A program made the translations under genes and the position numbers. The notes beneath the pieces were generated by a model, which was not told the origin of the DNA, made no database searches, and saw nothing but the letters and a program-made list of their open reading frames with translations. Of a stretch of DNA of 64,000 nucleotides, positions 17,582-25,759 are shown in pieces. Numbering within the stretch: position 1 is the first letter of the stretch; every line of letters starts with the position of its first letter. The DNA is from Ktedonobacteria bacterium (GTDB taxonomy: Bacteria > Chloroflexota > Ktedonobacteria > Ktedonobacterales > JACDGC01), in NCBI GenBank assembly GCA_027459525.1, contig DAIDIC010000198.1, forward strand, positions 45,785 to 109,784. The letters run 5' to 3'.

Positions 17582-19372
17582 TCAAAATTCTTTTTTAATA
17601 GTAACAGTAAATTGATAAAGCATTTGGCTGTATGATTGAAATGGTATTTTTTTCCTGACAATATCAAAAGATAACCGATATACCCCCGTCGTTTCCGGCG
17701 CGGCAACCACAATATGTGTTTTTATTTTTTTGCCGGCGCGGATATTCTCCATAAGCATAGTATTTTGCCCCGCTAAAGACGCCATTCGTTCGCCGGATAA
17801 CGGCAGATCGTCTTGCAGCCATGCGCAGCGCACATAATAATTTTCAGCGGCGTCGTTTGAAAATATCCACGTTTGTGAACCGATATTTTTCAATTCAATT
17901 TCGCAGTCATACTGTTTGCCGGATATCATTTCCAACGGTATTTTGCTATTGTTAAAATCTACGGCAAATGGCAGCCGATTCATTTTCAGAACGTTTTTGC
18001 CAAATTCAGCAAACTGCGCCGGCGCATGCCGCATGCCCATAAGCAGCGCTAAGCGTTTAACCGGCTTCCATAGCGCCAAAGCTAAAGCATAATAAAAAGG
18101 TTTTACGGCAGCTTTGCCGGTTTGTTTCATTGCAATAGCGCCGGCAAAATCGGGAGCGCGCTTAGGCAGTTGTACCCATTGCGCCATAGGCTGCAGCGAC
18201 TGTTCATCTGTATACATAGTTTGAAACAGCTGTTTTGCCTGCCGGCCCATCTCTTGCGCCATTGCCGGGCTGCAAATAAGAGATTCTATTGCTTCCGCCA
18301 ACGATTGTGAATTTTCGGGCAGATAAGCAACGCCGGCGCCGGCGGCAATAATCGATTGACCAAGTTCGGTAAGCGGCGTTACAATGCAGGGCAGACCGGC
18401 TTTCAACCAGTCTAAAACCCGATTTCTGCTGCCAAGCAGCGCTTCATACGTCATAAGGTCAGTGTTAACCGCCGCATTGCTTTCCAGCAAGTAATTGGGT
18501 AGATCTTCCGCCGGAACCCAGTTTAACAGATGATAGTGATTGGAAAACTCCGATTGTTTTGTTAGATATACAAACCTTTGAAAAGTAAGTTCATTATAGC
18601 CCTTAATGCCACCGCCGGTTGCCACAAATATAACATTGTGACGGCGGCGCATAATCGATTCTAACGCCTCAAAAAGTGTATCCACATCAGTCCATGTATT
18701 AAAACCACCGGTGTTCAGCAACACAAAATCATCATCTTGCGCAAGTATCCCTCTAATGCTTTTTCCAATTGGAGTCATTGCCGTATTTTCAAGGGTTACA
18801 GGAATAACATGCACAAACTCATATCCAACCGACGCTTTATTTAATCTTCCAACTGCGCCAAGCTCACCGATAACCGCCCATTTTTGCCGTTCTGAAACAC
18901 AGGATAAGCAATCTGCGCGGCGTATAACTGCATATTCCGTTTGCCAGCATTGCGCAATAAGCGAATCATCTCCCAATACGGCTGCTTGGGTTTGGGCTTC
19001 GGCCATTAAACTGCCATTCAAATCTGCCCAAAAAGGCAAATTACCAATATGTTGAACAGCAATTGCGGCGGAATGTGTGGAAGTCGCAATAGCGCACTGA
19101 CAATCAGAAATATATCTAGAGACGATTTTTCCTAAAGAATAGTTCCAAATATCCAGTGAAACAGTAATATAGGTCAGATTATTTTTAATATATTCAACAA
19201 CATCGGGAACAGCTTCCGGATAAGCAATCTGCCCGCGCTCACAGACAGCAATCACCTTATGATTTTGTTTGAGTAATACATCGATAAACCTCCACGTGCG
19301 TAAACTGTGGGCGTTCATTTGCATCTTTTCAAATGGAAGCGGCGCTACACCAAATAGTATTATTGTAGACAT
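17582..19372 (-). CDS. GT-B-like glycosyltransferase (about 410 aa) with a C-terminal ~180-aa domain that may be a beta-sandwich
   Basis: First gene of the operon, with an 18-nt gap to the next. It starts MSTIILFGVAPLPFE and has a Rossmann-like alternation and a late GT-B region (LLGSRNRVLDWLKAGLPCIV). The C-terminal domain assignment is a guess from the beta-strand-like pattern. Confidence 0.6.
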   Translation of the reverse strand: MSTIILFGVAPLPFEKMQMNAHSLRTWRFIDVLLKQNHKVIAVCERGQIAYPEAVPDVVEYIKNNLTYITVSLDIWNYSLGKIVSRYISDCQCAIATSTHSAAIAVQHIGNLPFWADLNGSLMAEAQTQAAVLGDDSLIAQCWQTEYAVIRRADCLSCVSERQKWAVIGELGAVGRLNKASVGYEFVHVIPVTLENTAMTPIGKSIRGILAQDDDFVLLNTGGFNTWTDVDTLFEALESIMRRRHNVIFVATGGGIKGYNELTFQRFVYLTKQSEFSNHYHLLNWVPAEDLPNYLLESNAAVNTDLMTYEALLGSRNRVLDWLKAGLPCIVTPLTELGQSIIAAGAGVAYLPENSQSLAEAIESLICSPAMAQEMGRQAKQLFQTMYTDEQSLQPMAQWVQLPKRAPDFAGAIAMKQTGKAAVKPFYYALALALWKPVKRLALLMGMRHAPAQFAEFGKNVLKMNRLPFAVDFNNSKIPLEMISGKQYDCEIELKNIGSQTWIFSNDAAENYYVRCAWLQDDLPLSGERMASLAGQNTMLMENIRAGKKIKTHIVVAAPETTGVYRLSFDIVRKKIPFQSYSQMLYQFTVTIKKEF

Positions 19373-19615
19373 ATGTTATAAAATCCTGTTGAATATAGCG
19401 TTACTATATCAAAATCGGCGTGATTTGGAAATATATTAGGAAATTTGCATTTATTTTGCAGGCTGCCAAGCTGTCGTTGAATCGGCGCGGGGCGATAGCG
19501 CACCGGTAAACATGATACAATAACACAGAAAACACCTTAATCGGAAATATTGCTGCGCCAGCGACGGAAAAGCACACAGCAATGTTCTGGCAAACGAAAT
19601 ATCGGAGGATGCGCT

Positions 19616-21421
19616 ATGGCTAAAGAAACACCCACACGTGAAAGTATTGCAATAGAAGATACGTGGGAATTAGAATCAATTTTTGCCAATGATGATATTT
19701 GGGAAGAAAAATACGCATATTGCATGCAGCAAACACCTAAAATGGAGCAATTTAAAGGAACATTCGGCCAAAGTGGCGCAAATTTATACACTGCTTTGCA
19801 GTTCCGCGATCAATTAAGTGAAATTATCGAGCGGCTGTTTGTATACGCCAATATGCGTTTCCATGAAGACACAACAAAAGCAAAATACCAAGCTTTAGCA
19901 GACAGATCCATGTCTTTAATGGCAAATTTTGCGGCGGCAGGAGCGTTTTACACTCCCGAAATCTTATCAATTCCGCAAGAGACACTGGAAGCATTTTTTG
20001 CGCAAGAACAAAAATTAAGTTTATATAAACACCAAATTGAGGAAATAACCCGCGCAAAACCACACATCCGCAGCGCAGAAGTAGAAGAAGTGCTTGCCAG
20101 CATGGCCGAACTTTCACAAGCGCCGGAAAAAATTTTTGAAATGATTGATAACGCCGATTTGCGGCTGCCCAAAATTACCGACGCAGACGGCTCGGAAGCA
20201 CAGCTTTCATTGGGCAGCTACGTGTTGTTTTTACAAAGCAGCAGCAGCGAAACCCGCAAAGCTGCCTTTGAAGGCATGCACGGAACATTCAAAGCGCAGC
20301 AAAATACTATTGCCGCCAACCTTGCAACACAGGTAAAAAAGAATATCTTTTTGGCTCGCACCCGCAAATATGAAACAACACTGGATATGGCGCTAGACGC
20401 AAATAATATTCCCTCAGGCGTATACACCAACCTAATTGCGGCTGTAAACACACACTTGCCTGCGCTGCACCGCTACTTAGCGCTGCGCAAAAAGATTTTG
20501 GCGGTGGATGAACTGCATATGTATGACCTGTATGTGCCCTTGGTGGCAGACAGCGACAAACAGGTATTATTTGATGAAGCGCGGGAGACAGTTGCCAAAG
20601 CGCTGGCCCCACTAGGAGCAGAATATGTTACTCAGTTGAGCAAAGGCATGCATTCCCGCTGGATTGATGTGTACGAAAACACCGGCAAACGCGGCGGAGC
20701 ATATAGCTGGGGCGCATATGGCACACACCCATTTGTGCTGCTGAATTACCAAAATCGGCTGGATGATATGTTTACCTTGGCGCATGAAATGGGTCATTCA
20801 ATGCACAGCTTTTTCACTTGGCGCGAGCAGCCATATCCCTACGCTAACTATACTATTTTCCTCGCCGAAATAGCTTCCACACTCAACGAAGCGCTTTTAA
20901 CCGACTATCTGTTAAAAACAACAACCGACACAAAAACTAAAGCGTATGTGCTGAACCACTACCTTGAAGGGCTGCGCGGCACACTGTTCCGCCAAACTAT
21001 GTTTGCTGACTTTGAGCTGCAGATACATCAGCGCGCAGAAGCAGGAGAAGCATTAACGCCGGAAGTCATGTGCGAAATCTATAAAAATCTGAATAATCGC
21101 TATTTTGGCGATGGTGGCGTTGTTGTAGATGATTTAATTGCATGGGAATGGTCGCGTATTCCGCATTTCTACAGCAGTTTCTATGTATATCAATACGCCA
21201 CCGGCATTTCAGCGTCATCTGCGTTGGCGCGCGCCATCATCTCCGAAGGGCAGCCGGCGGTAGATCGCTATTTGAATATGCTTCACTCCGGTTCATCGGG
21301 ATATTCTATCGATTTACTGCGCGCCGCCGGGGTAGATATGACATCGCCGGCGCCGGTTGAAGCGGCAATTGCCGAATTCGAGCGAGGTGTTACCGAGCTG
21401 GAAGCTGCGCTTGGTCAATAA
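19616..21421 (+). CDS. pepF: Oligoendopeptidase F (M3B metallopeptidase)
   Basis: HEMGH zinc motif (LAHEMGHSMHS), a ~600-aa length, and the N-terminus MAKETPTRESIAIEDTWELESIF typical of PepF. ATG 19616 follows GGAGGA. Confidence 0.9.
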   Translation: MAKETPTRESIAIEDTWELESIFANDDIWEEKYAYCMQQTPKMEQFKGTFGQSGANLYTALQFRDQLSEIIERLFVYANMRFHEDTTKAKYQALADRSMSLMANFAAAGAFYTPEILSIPQETLEAFFAQEQKLSLYKHQIEEITRAKPHIRSAEVEEVLASMAELSQAPEKIFEMIDNADLRLPKITDADGSEAQLSLGSYVLFLQSSSSETRKAAFEGMHGTFKAQQNTIAANLATQVKKNIFLARTRKYETTLDMALDANNIPSGVYTNLIAAVNTHLPALHRYLALRKKILAVDELHMYDLYVPLVADSDKQVLFDEARETVAKALAPLGAEYVTQLSKGMHSRWIDVYENTGKRGGAYSWGAYGTHPFVLLNYQNRLDDMFTLAHEMGHSMHSFFTWREQPYPYANYTIFLAEIASTLNEALLTDYLLKTTTDTKTKAYVLNHYLEGLRGTLFRQTMFADFELQIHQRAEAGEALTPEVMCEIYKNLNNRYFGDGGVVVDDLIAWEWSRIPHFYSSFYVYQYATGISASSALARAIISEGQPAVDRYLNMLHSGSSGYSIDLLRAAGVDMTSPAPVEAAIAEFERGVTELEAALGQ

Positions 21422-21455
21422 TTCAGCTATCCCCTGAATTACAAAAAATAACACG

Positions 21456-21491
21456 ATCGGGACGGATTGAAAATATCCGTCCCGATTTTTT
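21456..21491. terminator. Intrinsic terminator between convergent pepF and flgG
   Basis: A 12-bp stem (ATCGGGACGGAT at 21456-21467 / ATCCGTCCCGAT at 21475-21486) is followed by TTTTTT. Confidence 0.7.
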
Positions 21492-21543
21492 ACTGCCCTT
21501 GTAAGCGTTTCAGCCATACAAAAAAACAGGCTAACCGGCAAAA

Positions 21544-22305
21544 TTAGTGCGTTATTTCCGCCAGCATTGCGTTTATGGTTTGCAGTGATTGCGCATTAAG
21601 CTGAAAAGAGCGCTCAGAAACAATCATGTTTGCCATTTCCTTGCTCAGATCTACCCGAGGCGCTTCCAGGGTATTAGGGATAAGCCCGCCAAACCCATTT
21701 TGAAACGGCGCTCCGGTTATCGGCGCACCAGAATCCACCGTTGCAGCATAGGTAGTAGACCCTACAGCGCTTAACCCTTGGGGGTTGATAAATCGCGCCA
21801 GCTGCAATTGACCGATATTTTGCTGCTGGCCATTTACCTGCGCTGTTATCTCTCCGGCGCTGGTAACGGTAACTTCCGAAGCTCCGGATGGCAACGTAAT
21901 AGGCGGCTGCACTAATGCGCCGTTGATATTTAATTTGCCGGCGCCGTCAAATCTCAGCGAACCTAAACGAGTATATCCCAATGTTCCACTGGGCTGCAAT
22001 GTTTGAAAATATCCATCACCGCCAATAGTTACATCTAATGGATTTCCGGTTGCCACCGGAGAACCGGGAATTTGCGCATGCGAAGTGCTTTGCAATTGCG
22101 AACCAACACCAATTGCGCTGGTGTTGGCATACGTTGTATTCACCAAATTCCGAGGATCGACTCCTTGATAGATTAAATCGGTGACAATGGGATCCGATGC
22201 GTCGAACCCAAACGTATCTACATTGGCAATATTATTGGACGTAATATTCAACACCTGTTGAGATGATTCCATTCCGCTTACTGAACTGGAATAAATCGGT
22301 AACAT
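21544..22305 (-). CDS. flgG: Flagellar basal-body rod protein, FlgG family
   Basis: N-terminal rod motif SGMESSQQVLNITSNNIANVDTFGF and C-terminal VDLSKEMANMIVSERSFQLNAQSLQTINAML. Confidence 0.85.
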   Translation of the reverse strand: MLPIYSSSVSGMESSQQVLNITSNNIANVDTFGFDASDPIVTDLIYQGVDPRNLVNTTYANTSAIGVGSQLQSTSHAQIPGSPVATGNPLDVTIGGDGYFQTLQPSGTLGYTRLGSLRFDGAGKLNINGALVQPPITLPSGASEVTVTSAGEITAQVNGQQQNIGQLQLARFINPQGLSAVGSTTYAATVDSGAPITGAPFQNGFGGLIPNTLEAPRVDLSKEMANMIVSERSFQLNAQSLQTINAMLAEITH

Positions 22306-22328
22306 ACGTGAACCACTCCTTTGTTATC

Positions 22329-22463
22329 AGGACTTTCGCTTCAGCAGGGAACATCGGGGATAGACAAGGGGCAATGCCCATTGTACAGGGTTCTGGGGTG
22401 TTCCCAGACCTCCCTCTATTTCAGATACGAGAACCATACGCTGCTCTTTCAGGCGAAAGTCCT
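22329..22463 (+). repeat. Copy 1 of a 131-135-nt structured interspersed element (terminal inverted repeat AGGACTTTCG...CGAAAGTCCT)
   Basis: It occupies nearly the whole flgF-flgG intergenic gap. It differs at only 6 of 135 positions from the reverse complement of 38306-38440, and a more diverged copy lies at 39597-39727. Confidence 0.85.
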
Positions 22464-22470
22464 AGTTATA

Positions 22471-23193
22471 TTATTTCGCTATCGAATCTGTCGCTTCCGT
22501 CAGCATTTGATAGGCATATTGCTGCATTTGCGCAGACGCCGAAAATGCCCGCTGCGAAGAGATCATAGATCCTAAAACAGTGGAAAGATTAACATTCGAT
22601 TGCTCCAGCATGCTTTGCCGAATAAAGGTCTGCGGAGCCGCAGATACTGCGCCGGTAGGCGTAAACAGATCTGCGCCGCTTTTTGCCCAGCCAGTAGCGT
22701 TAAATACACCCACCTGGCCAATGGTAGATGTTCCAACCTGAATAACTCCATTTACACTAACGGTAACAGCCTTCCCTTGAAGATCCGGGAACTGAATAGG
22801 AGCTTTGTTTGCGCCAAGCACAACATCGCCATCGGCGTTAACCAGTTGGCCGTTTGCGGCAATGTGAAATGCGCCATTGCGGGTATACATGGTTCCCGTC
22901 GGTGTTTGCAGCGCAAAAAAGCCTGCGCCTTGCAGCGCCATATCAAATGGATTAGTGGTTTGCTGCAATGCGCCTTGTGTTAGATCTAAACTTGTTACCG
23001 TACTTAACACACCGGTGCCACGAACCAACCCCCCCATACCATACGATAGGGGATTGGCCGAGGCCATCAGCATGGAATCAAAATCGCCTTTATATCCAAT
23101 GGTTGCTTGATTCGACACATCATTGGATAACGCGCTAATATCCGTCATTTCGCTGGACATGCCAGCAACAGATGTATAAAAGCTGCGAATCAT
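22471..23193 (-). CDS. flgF: Flagellar basal-body rod protein, FlgF/FlgG family
   Basis: MIRSFYTSVAGMSSEMTDISALSNDVSNQATIGYKGD and C-terminal NLSTVLGSMISSQRAFSASAQMQQ. The assignment FlgF rather than a second FlgG rests on gene order only. Confidence 0.75.
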   Translation of the reverse strand: MIRSFYTSVAGMSSEMTDISALSNDVSNQATIGYKGDFDSMLMASANPLSYGMGGLVRGTGVLSTVTSLDLTQGALQQTTNPFDMALQGAGFFALQTPTGTMYTRNGAFHIAANGQLVNADGDVVLGANKAPIQFPDLQGKAVTVSVNGVIQVGTSTIGQVGVFNATGWAKSGADLFTPTGAVSAAPQTFIRQSMLEQSNVNLSTVLGSMISSQRAFSASAQMQQYAYQMLTEATDSIAK

Positions 23194-23220
23194 AAAAAGA
23201 ATCCTTTCTTTTTGATTGTT

Positions 23221-23952
23221 TTATCGCAAATCGGATCTGTCCGGTATACGAACGTTTTTTATAATTTTTATGGAGCGCCGCAGCAAATATCCAAGCGCCG
23301 CAAGCGACACTGCCAGCGCGGCATATTCCAGAATTGTTGTTCGCCAGGGCGCGCTGCTTGTGGCGGCAGGCGTTGAAGAAGCAGAGCTATAAGCGCTGCG
23401 CGGTTCAAATGGCGGATGCTGCGCATTTGGGCCGGTATCGGGCAAATGCTTCACTTGCTGAATAATACTGCTATTCCCTTGGAAATACCCTGCAATAGAG
23501 CGAATATTGCTTGGAGCCGTATTTGCCGCAGCCGCAGTATCCGGCTGCACAGTTATCATGATCATAGAATACCCTGTCGCTAAATGGCCGGGAAACGATT
23601 CATCAATGATAGCCGAGCCATCGCTGGCGGTATTAAATCTGCCAATCAGCATATCAGAGCCGGTTTGAGGATTAATAAACCAAGCAGCATAGATTTGGTT
23701 GGTTAACGGCGGAAGTTTTTGCACACTAATGCGAACTTCAAAGGCAATTGGCCAAACAAGCGCGCTACCGGTTGCAATGGTTGGCCCCCAATTAGAAAAT
23801 CCTGATATATAGGTTAAGGGAACAGAAATTGGCTGCTCTTCCGCATACGCCGGAGCCGGCGCAGCTACTGCAAAGAAAAGCGCGGCCACAACAAATAGAA
23901 CTACAGCACACATCCGTTGCGCTGATGTACTGATTATTTTTTTCAAATACAT
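23221..23952 (-). CDS. Exported, C-terminally membrane-anchored protein of unknown function in the flagellar operon; possible RskA-like extracytoplasmic domain
   Basis: Signal peptide (AVVLFVVAALFFAVAAPAPAYA/EE), a C-terminal TM plus basic tail (ILEYAALAVSLAALGYLLRRSIK), and a central IYAAWFINPQTGSDMLIGRFNTASDGSAII...MIMITVQPD that is reminiscent of anti-sigma-K RskA C-terminal domains (from memory, not searched). Confidence 0.5.
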   Translation of the reverse strand: MYLKKIISTSAQRMCAVVLFVVAALFFAVAAPAPAYAEEQPISVPLTYISGFSNWGPTIATGSALVWPIAFEVRISVQKLPPLTNQIYAAWFINPQTGSDMLIGRFNTASDGSAIIDESFPGHLATGYSMIMITVQPDTAAAANTAPSNIRSIAGYFQGNSSIIQQVKHLPDTGPNAQHPPFEPRSAYSSASSTPAATSSAPWRTTILEYAALAVSLAALGYLLRRSIKIIKNVRIPDRSDLR

Positions 23953-23971
23953 AGCACATCCTCCGATTTCA

Positions 23972-24841
23972 CTACGCAGATTGTTTCATAACGGCGCGCC
24001 GCACAGATTTTTTTGGCAAAGAAGCGCGGGTTGTCGGCTGTTCCATAAAATGGCTAAGATAGGAACGCATACGCAAAATGGCCTGAGTATGCAGCTGACA
24101 CACTCTGGATTCAGAAACATCTATCACCATTGATATTTCTTTCATCGTCAATTCTTCCATATAATACAGCTGCAACAGCAGGCGTTCACGCGCCGGCAGT
24201 TTTTCTAAAGCAGCTGCCAACACAGCTTGCATTTCACGCTGAATTGCTTCATCGTGCGGATCAGCCGAAGAATGATCTTCTAACAACTCACCCAATGTAG
24301 AAGTGTCATCATCAGATCGAGAGGACATTAATGGCGCATCAAGTGATAAGATAGCTGCATTTGCGTCTATAAGCATTTGCCGGTATCGTTCAATAGAAAC
24401 TCCACATTCCGCTGCAATTTCATCTTCAGTTGCTGGCCGCCCCAGCCGCTGCTCTAAATCGGCCAGTGTGCGCTCCAGTGCGCGGGAGCGAGCCATTGTC
24501 GAACGGCTCATCCAATTTAAAGTTCGCAATTGATCTATCACGGCGCCGCGAATGCGTTTCGTAGCGTAAGCCTCAAATTTTACCCCACGCGACGGTTCAA
24601 ACCGATCTAGCGCGTTAATCAGTCCTATCAGTCCATAGCTCACAAGATCGTCCTGATCAAGGGTAGTTGTTGTGGGAATATTCAACCTAGCAACAACAAA
24701 TGATACCATAGGCGAATATTTTTCGATCAAACGCGCGCGAATTTTTTCATCACGTGCTTCAATAAATTTTGCCCACAATATCTCGTCCTCTGTTTGAACA
24801 ACATCAGTTGAGCTGTGTTCCATATGCGCGATACCTTCCAA
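23972..24841 (-). CDS. fliA: Flagellar sigma factor, sigma-28 (FliA/WhiG/SigD family)
   Basis: Region 2 (DLVSYGLIGLINALDRFEPSRGVKFEAYATKRIRGAVID), region 3, and region 4.2 HTH (LTMKEISMVIDVSESRVCQLHTQAILRMR). ATG 24823 is an alternative start. Confidence 0.85.
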   Translation of the reverse strand: MEGIAHMEHSSTDVVQTEDEILWAKFIEARDEKIRARLIEKYSPMVSFVVARLNIPTTTTLDQDDLVSYGLIGLINALDRFEPSRGVKFEAYATKRIRGAVIDQLRTLNWMSRSTMARSRALERTLADLEQRLGRPATEDEIAAECGVSIERYRQMLIDANAAILSLDAPLMSSRSDDDTSTLGELLEDHSSADPHDEAIQREMQAVLAAALEKLPARERLLLQLYYMEELTMKEISMVIDVSESRVCQLHTQAILRMRSYLSHFMEQPTTRASLPKKSVRRAVMKQSA

Positions 24842-24869
24842 TATTAGGTTTTATAAAAAAACTAGTAGT

Positions 24870-25739
24870 TTACGCCGCCAGAAATTGTTCATGTTCAGCG
24901 TCTAAATGAGCAAGCGTGTCATCATCATGAGATGCTTCCTCTTTTTTGGTTTTCTCATCCTCATCTTCCGTAATCGCGATATGAGAATCGGCGTCATCCA
25001 AAATTTCCTCTAAGGATTTATCATCTGCAGCAGACGCCGCTACAATAATAGCTTCCGGAGAACGCCACGATTCCATTTGGTTCCAAGACCAGGAAGTCAC
25101 TCTGCCAATTGCCCAGAACAGCGTCAAGGTGATAGCAACATGAATGGCAATATCAACACCGTCAGCGCCGTTCAACAGGCCATCGACAAAAATATACGCG
25201 CCGGTTAAAAAACCCAGGCCATACGACCAGGAAGGAACCAATGGGGGCTTCGATACAACGTGTCGATCGCGGGCAGTATGATTTTGGGTTCCATCTTCTT
25301 CTCGGCGTTTTTTTTCTTCTTTCAGTTCTTTTTTAATAAACTTTGCAAGAGTATCAGATTCTTCTGGTTTCAGCGCAATAAATTCAACACCGACCAAGTA
25401 TCCTTTCTGTTTTGATTTAACAAGTTTTAAGTCAGAAAGCGAAGTGAGTAAGTCTTCTGCAGCAGGGCGAATATGCCGAACAACAGAAGGCAATACTTTT
25501 TTGACAGGAAAAACGGGTTCACCCAGCTCAACTTTTATAACTGAGCCTTCTTTCACCGGCCTTGCGCTAAACAGCAACGCGCCGCTGATACTAATGTTTA
25601 AAATAACTCCGGCGGCCATGGGCGATTTTGTTTTTACACTGAAGTTTGCCTTGCCAGCAAGTTTAACACGCGGCGCGTAGCGTGTTGCTGTAGGTGATGG
25701 CGGCTCTATAATAATTGCTTTTTTTCCGGGCTGCGACAT
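24870..25739 (-). CDS. PilZ-domain (c-di-GMP receptor-type) protein with two predicted TM helices and an acidic tail
   Basis: Both PilZ signature motifs are present with the expected spacing: RYAPR (RxxxR) and NISISG ((D/N)xSxxG). Hydrophobic segments are WSYGLGFLTGAYIFVDGLL and IAIHVAITLTLFWAIG. The C-terminus is Asp/Glu-rich. Confidence 0.7.
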   Translation of the reverse strand: MSQPGKKAIIIEPPSPTATRYAPRVKLAGKANFSVKTKSPMAAGVILNISISGALLFSARPVKEGSVIKVELGEPVFPVKKVLPSVVRHIRPAAEDLLTSLSDLKLVKSKQKGYLVGVEFIALKPEESDTLAKFIKKELKEEKKRREEDGTQNHTARDRHVVSKPPLVPSWSYGLGFLTGAYIFVDGLLNGADGVDIAIHVAITLTLFWAIGRVTSWSWNQMESWRSPEAIIVAASAADDKSLEEILDDADSHIAITEDEDEKTKKEEASHDDDTLAHLDAEHEQFLAA

Positions 25740-25759
25740 GTATCACTCTCCTCACTTTT

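Noticed and set aside
22440-22463. Strings in the repeat element resembling ribozyme or RNase P cores (CTGAAGCGAAAGTCC on the reverse strand; GAAAGTCC).
   Set aside because: There is no room for a hammerhead stem II between CUGA and GAAA, and none of the other RNase P conserved regions are present. The resemblance is only a short string.
22263-22575. Two plus-strand ORFs (101 aa and 84 aa) whose translation (…LSLQQGTSGIDKGQCPLYRVLGC…) also appears in minus-strand ORF 38287-38514, which looks like a conserved small protein family.
   Set aside because: The similarity comes from the 135-nt interspersed element being read through. The third copy (39597-39727) does not preserve any reading frame, and substitutions preserve hairpins rather than codons.
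23431-23445. An LPDTG motif (sortase LPXTG-like) in the exported flagellar-operon protein.
   Set aside because: The motif lies ~34 residues before the hydrophobic anchor rather than immediately before it, so it does not form a canonical sorting signal. It is kept only as a note.
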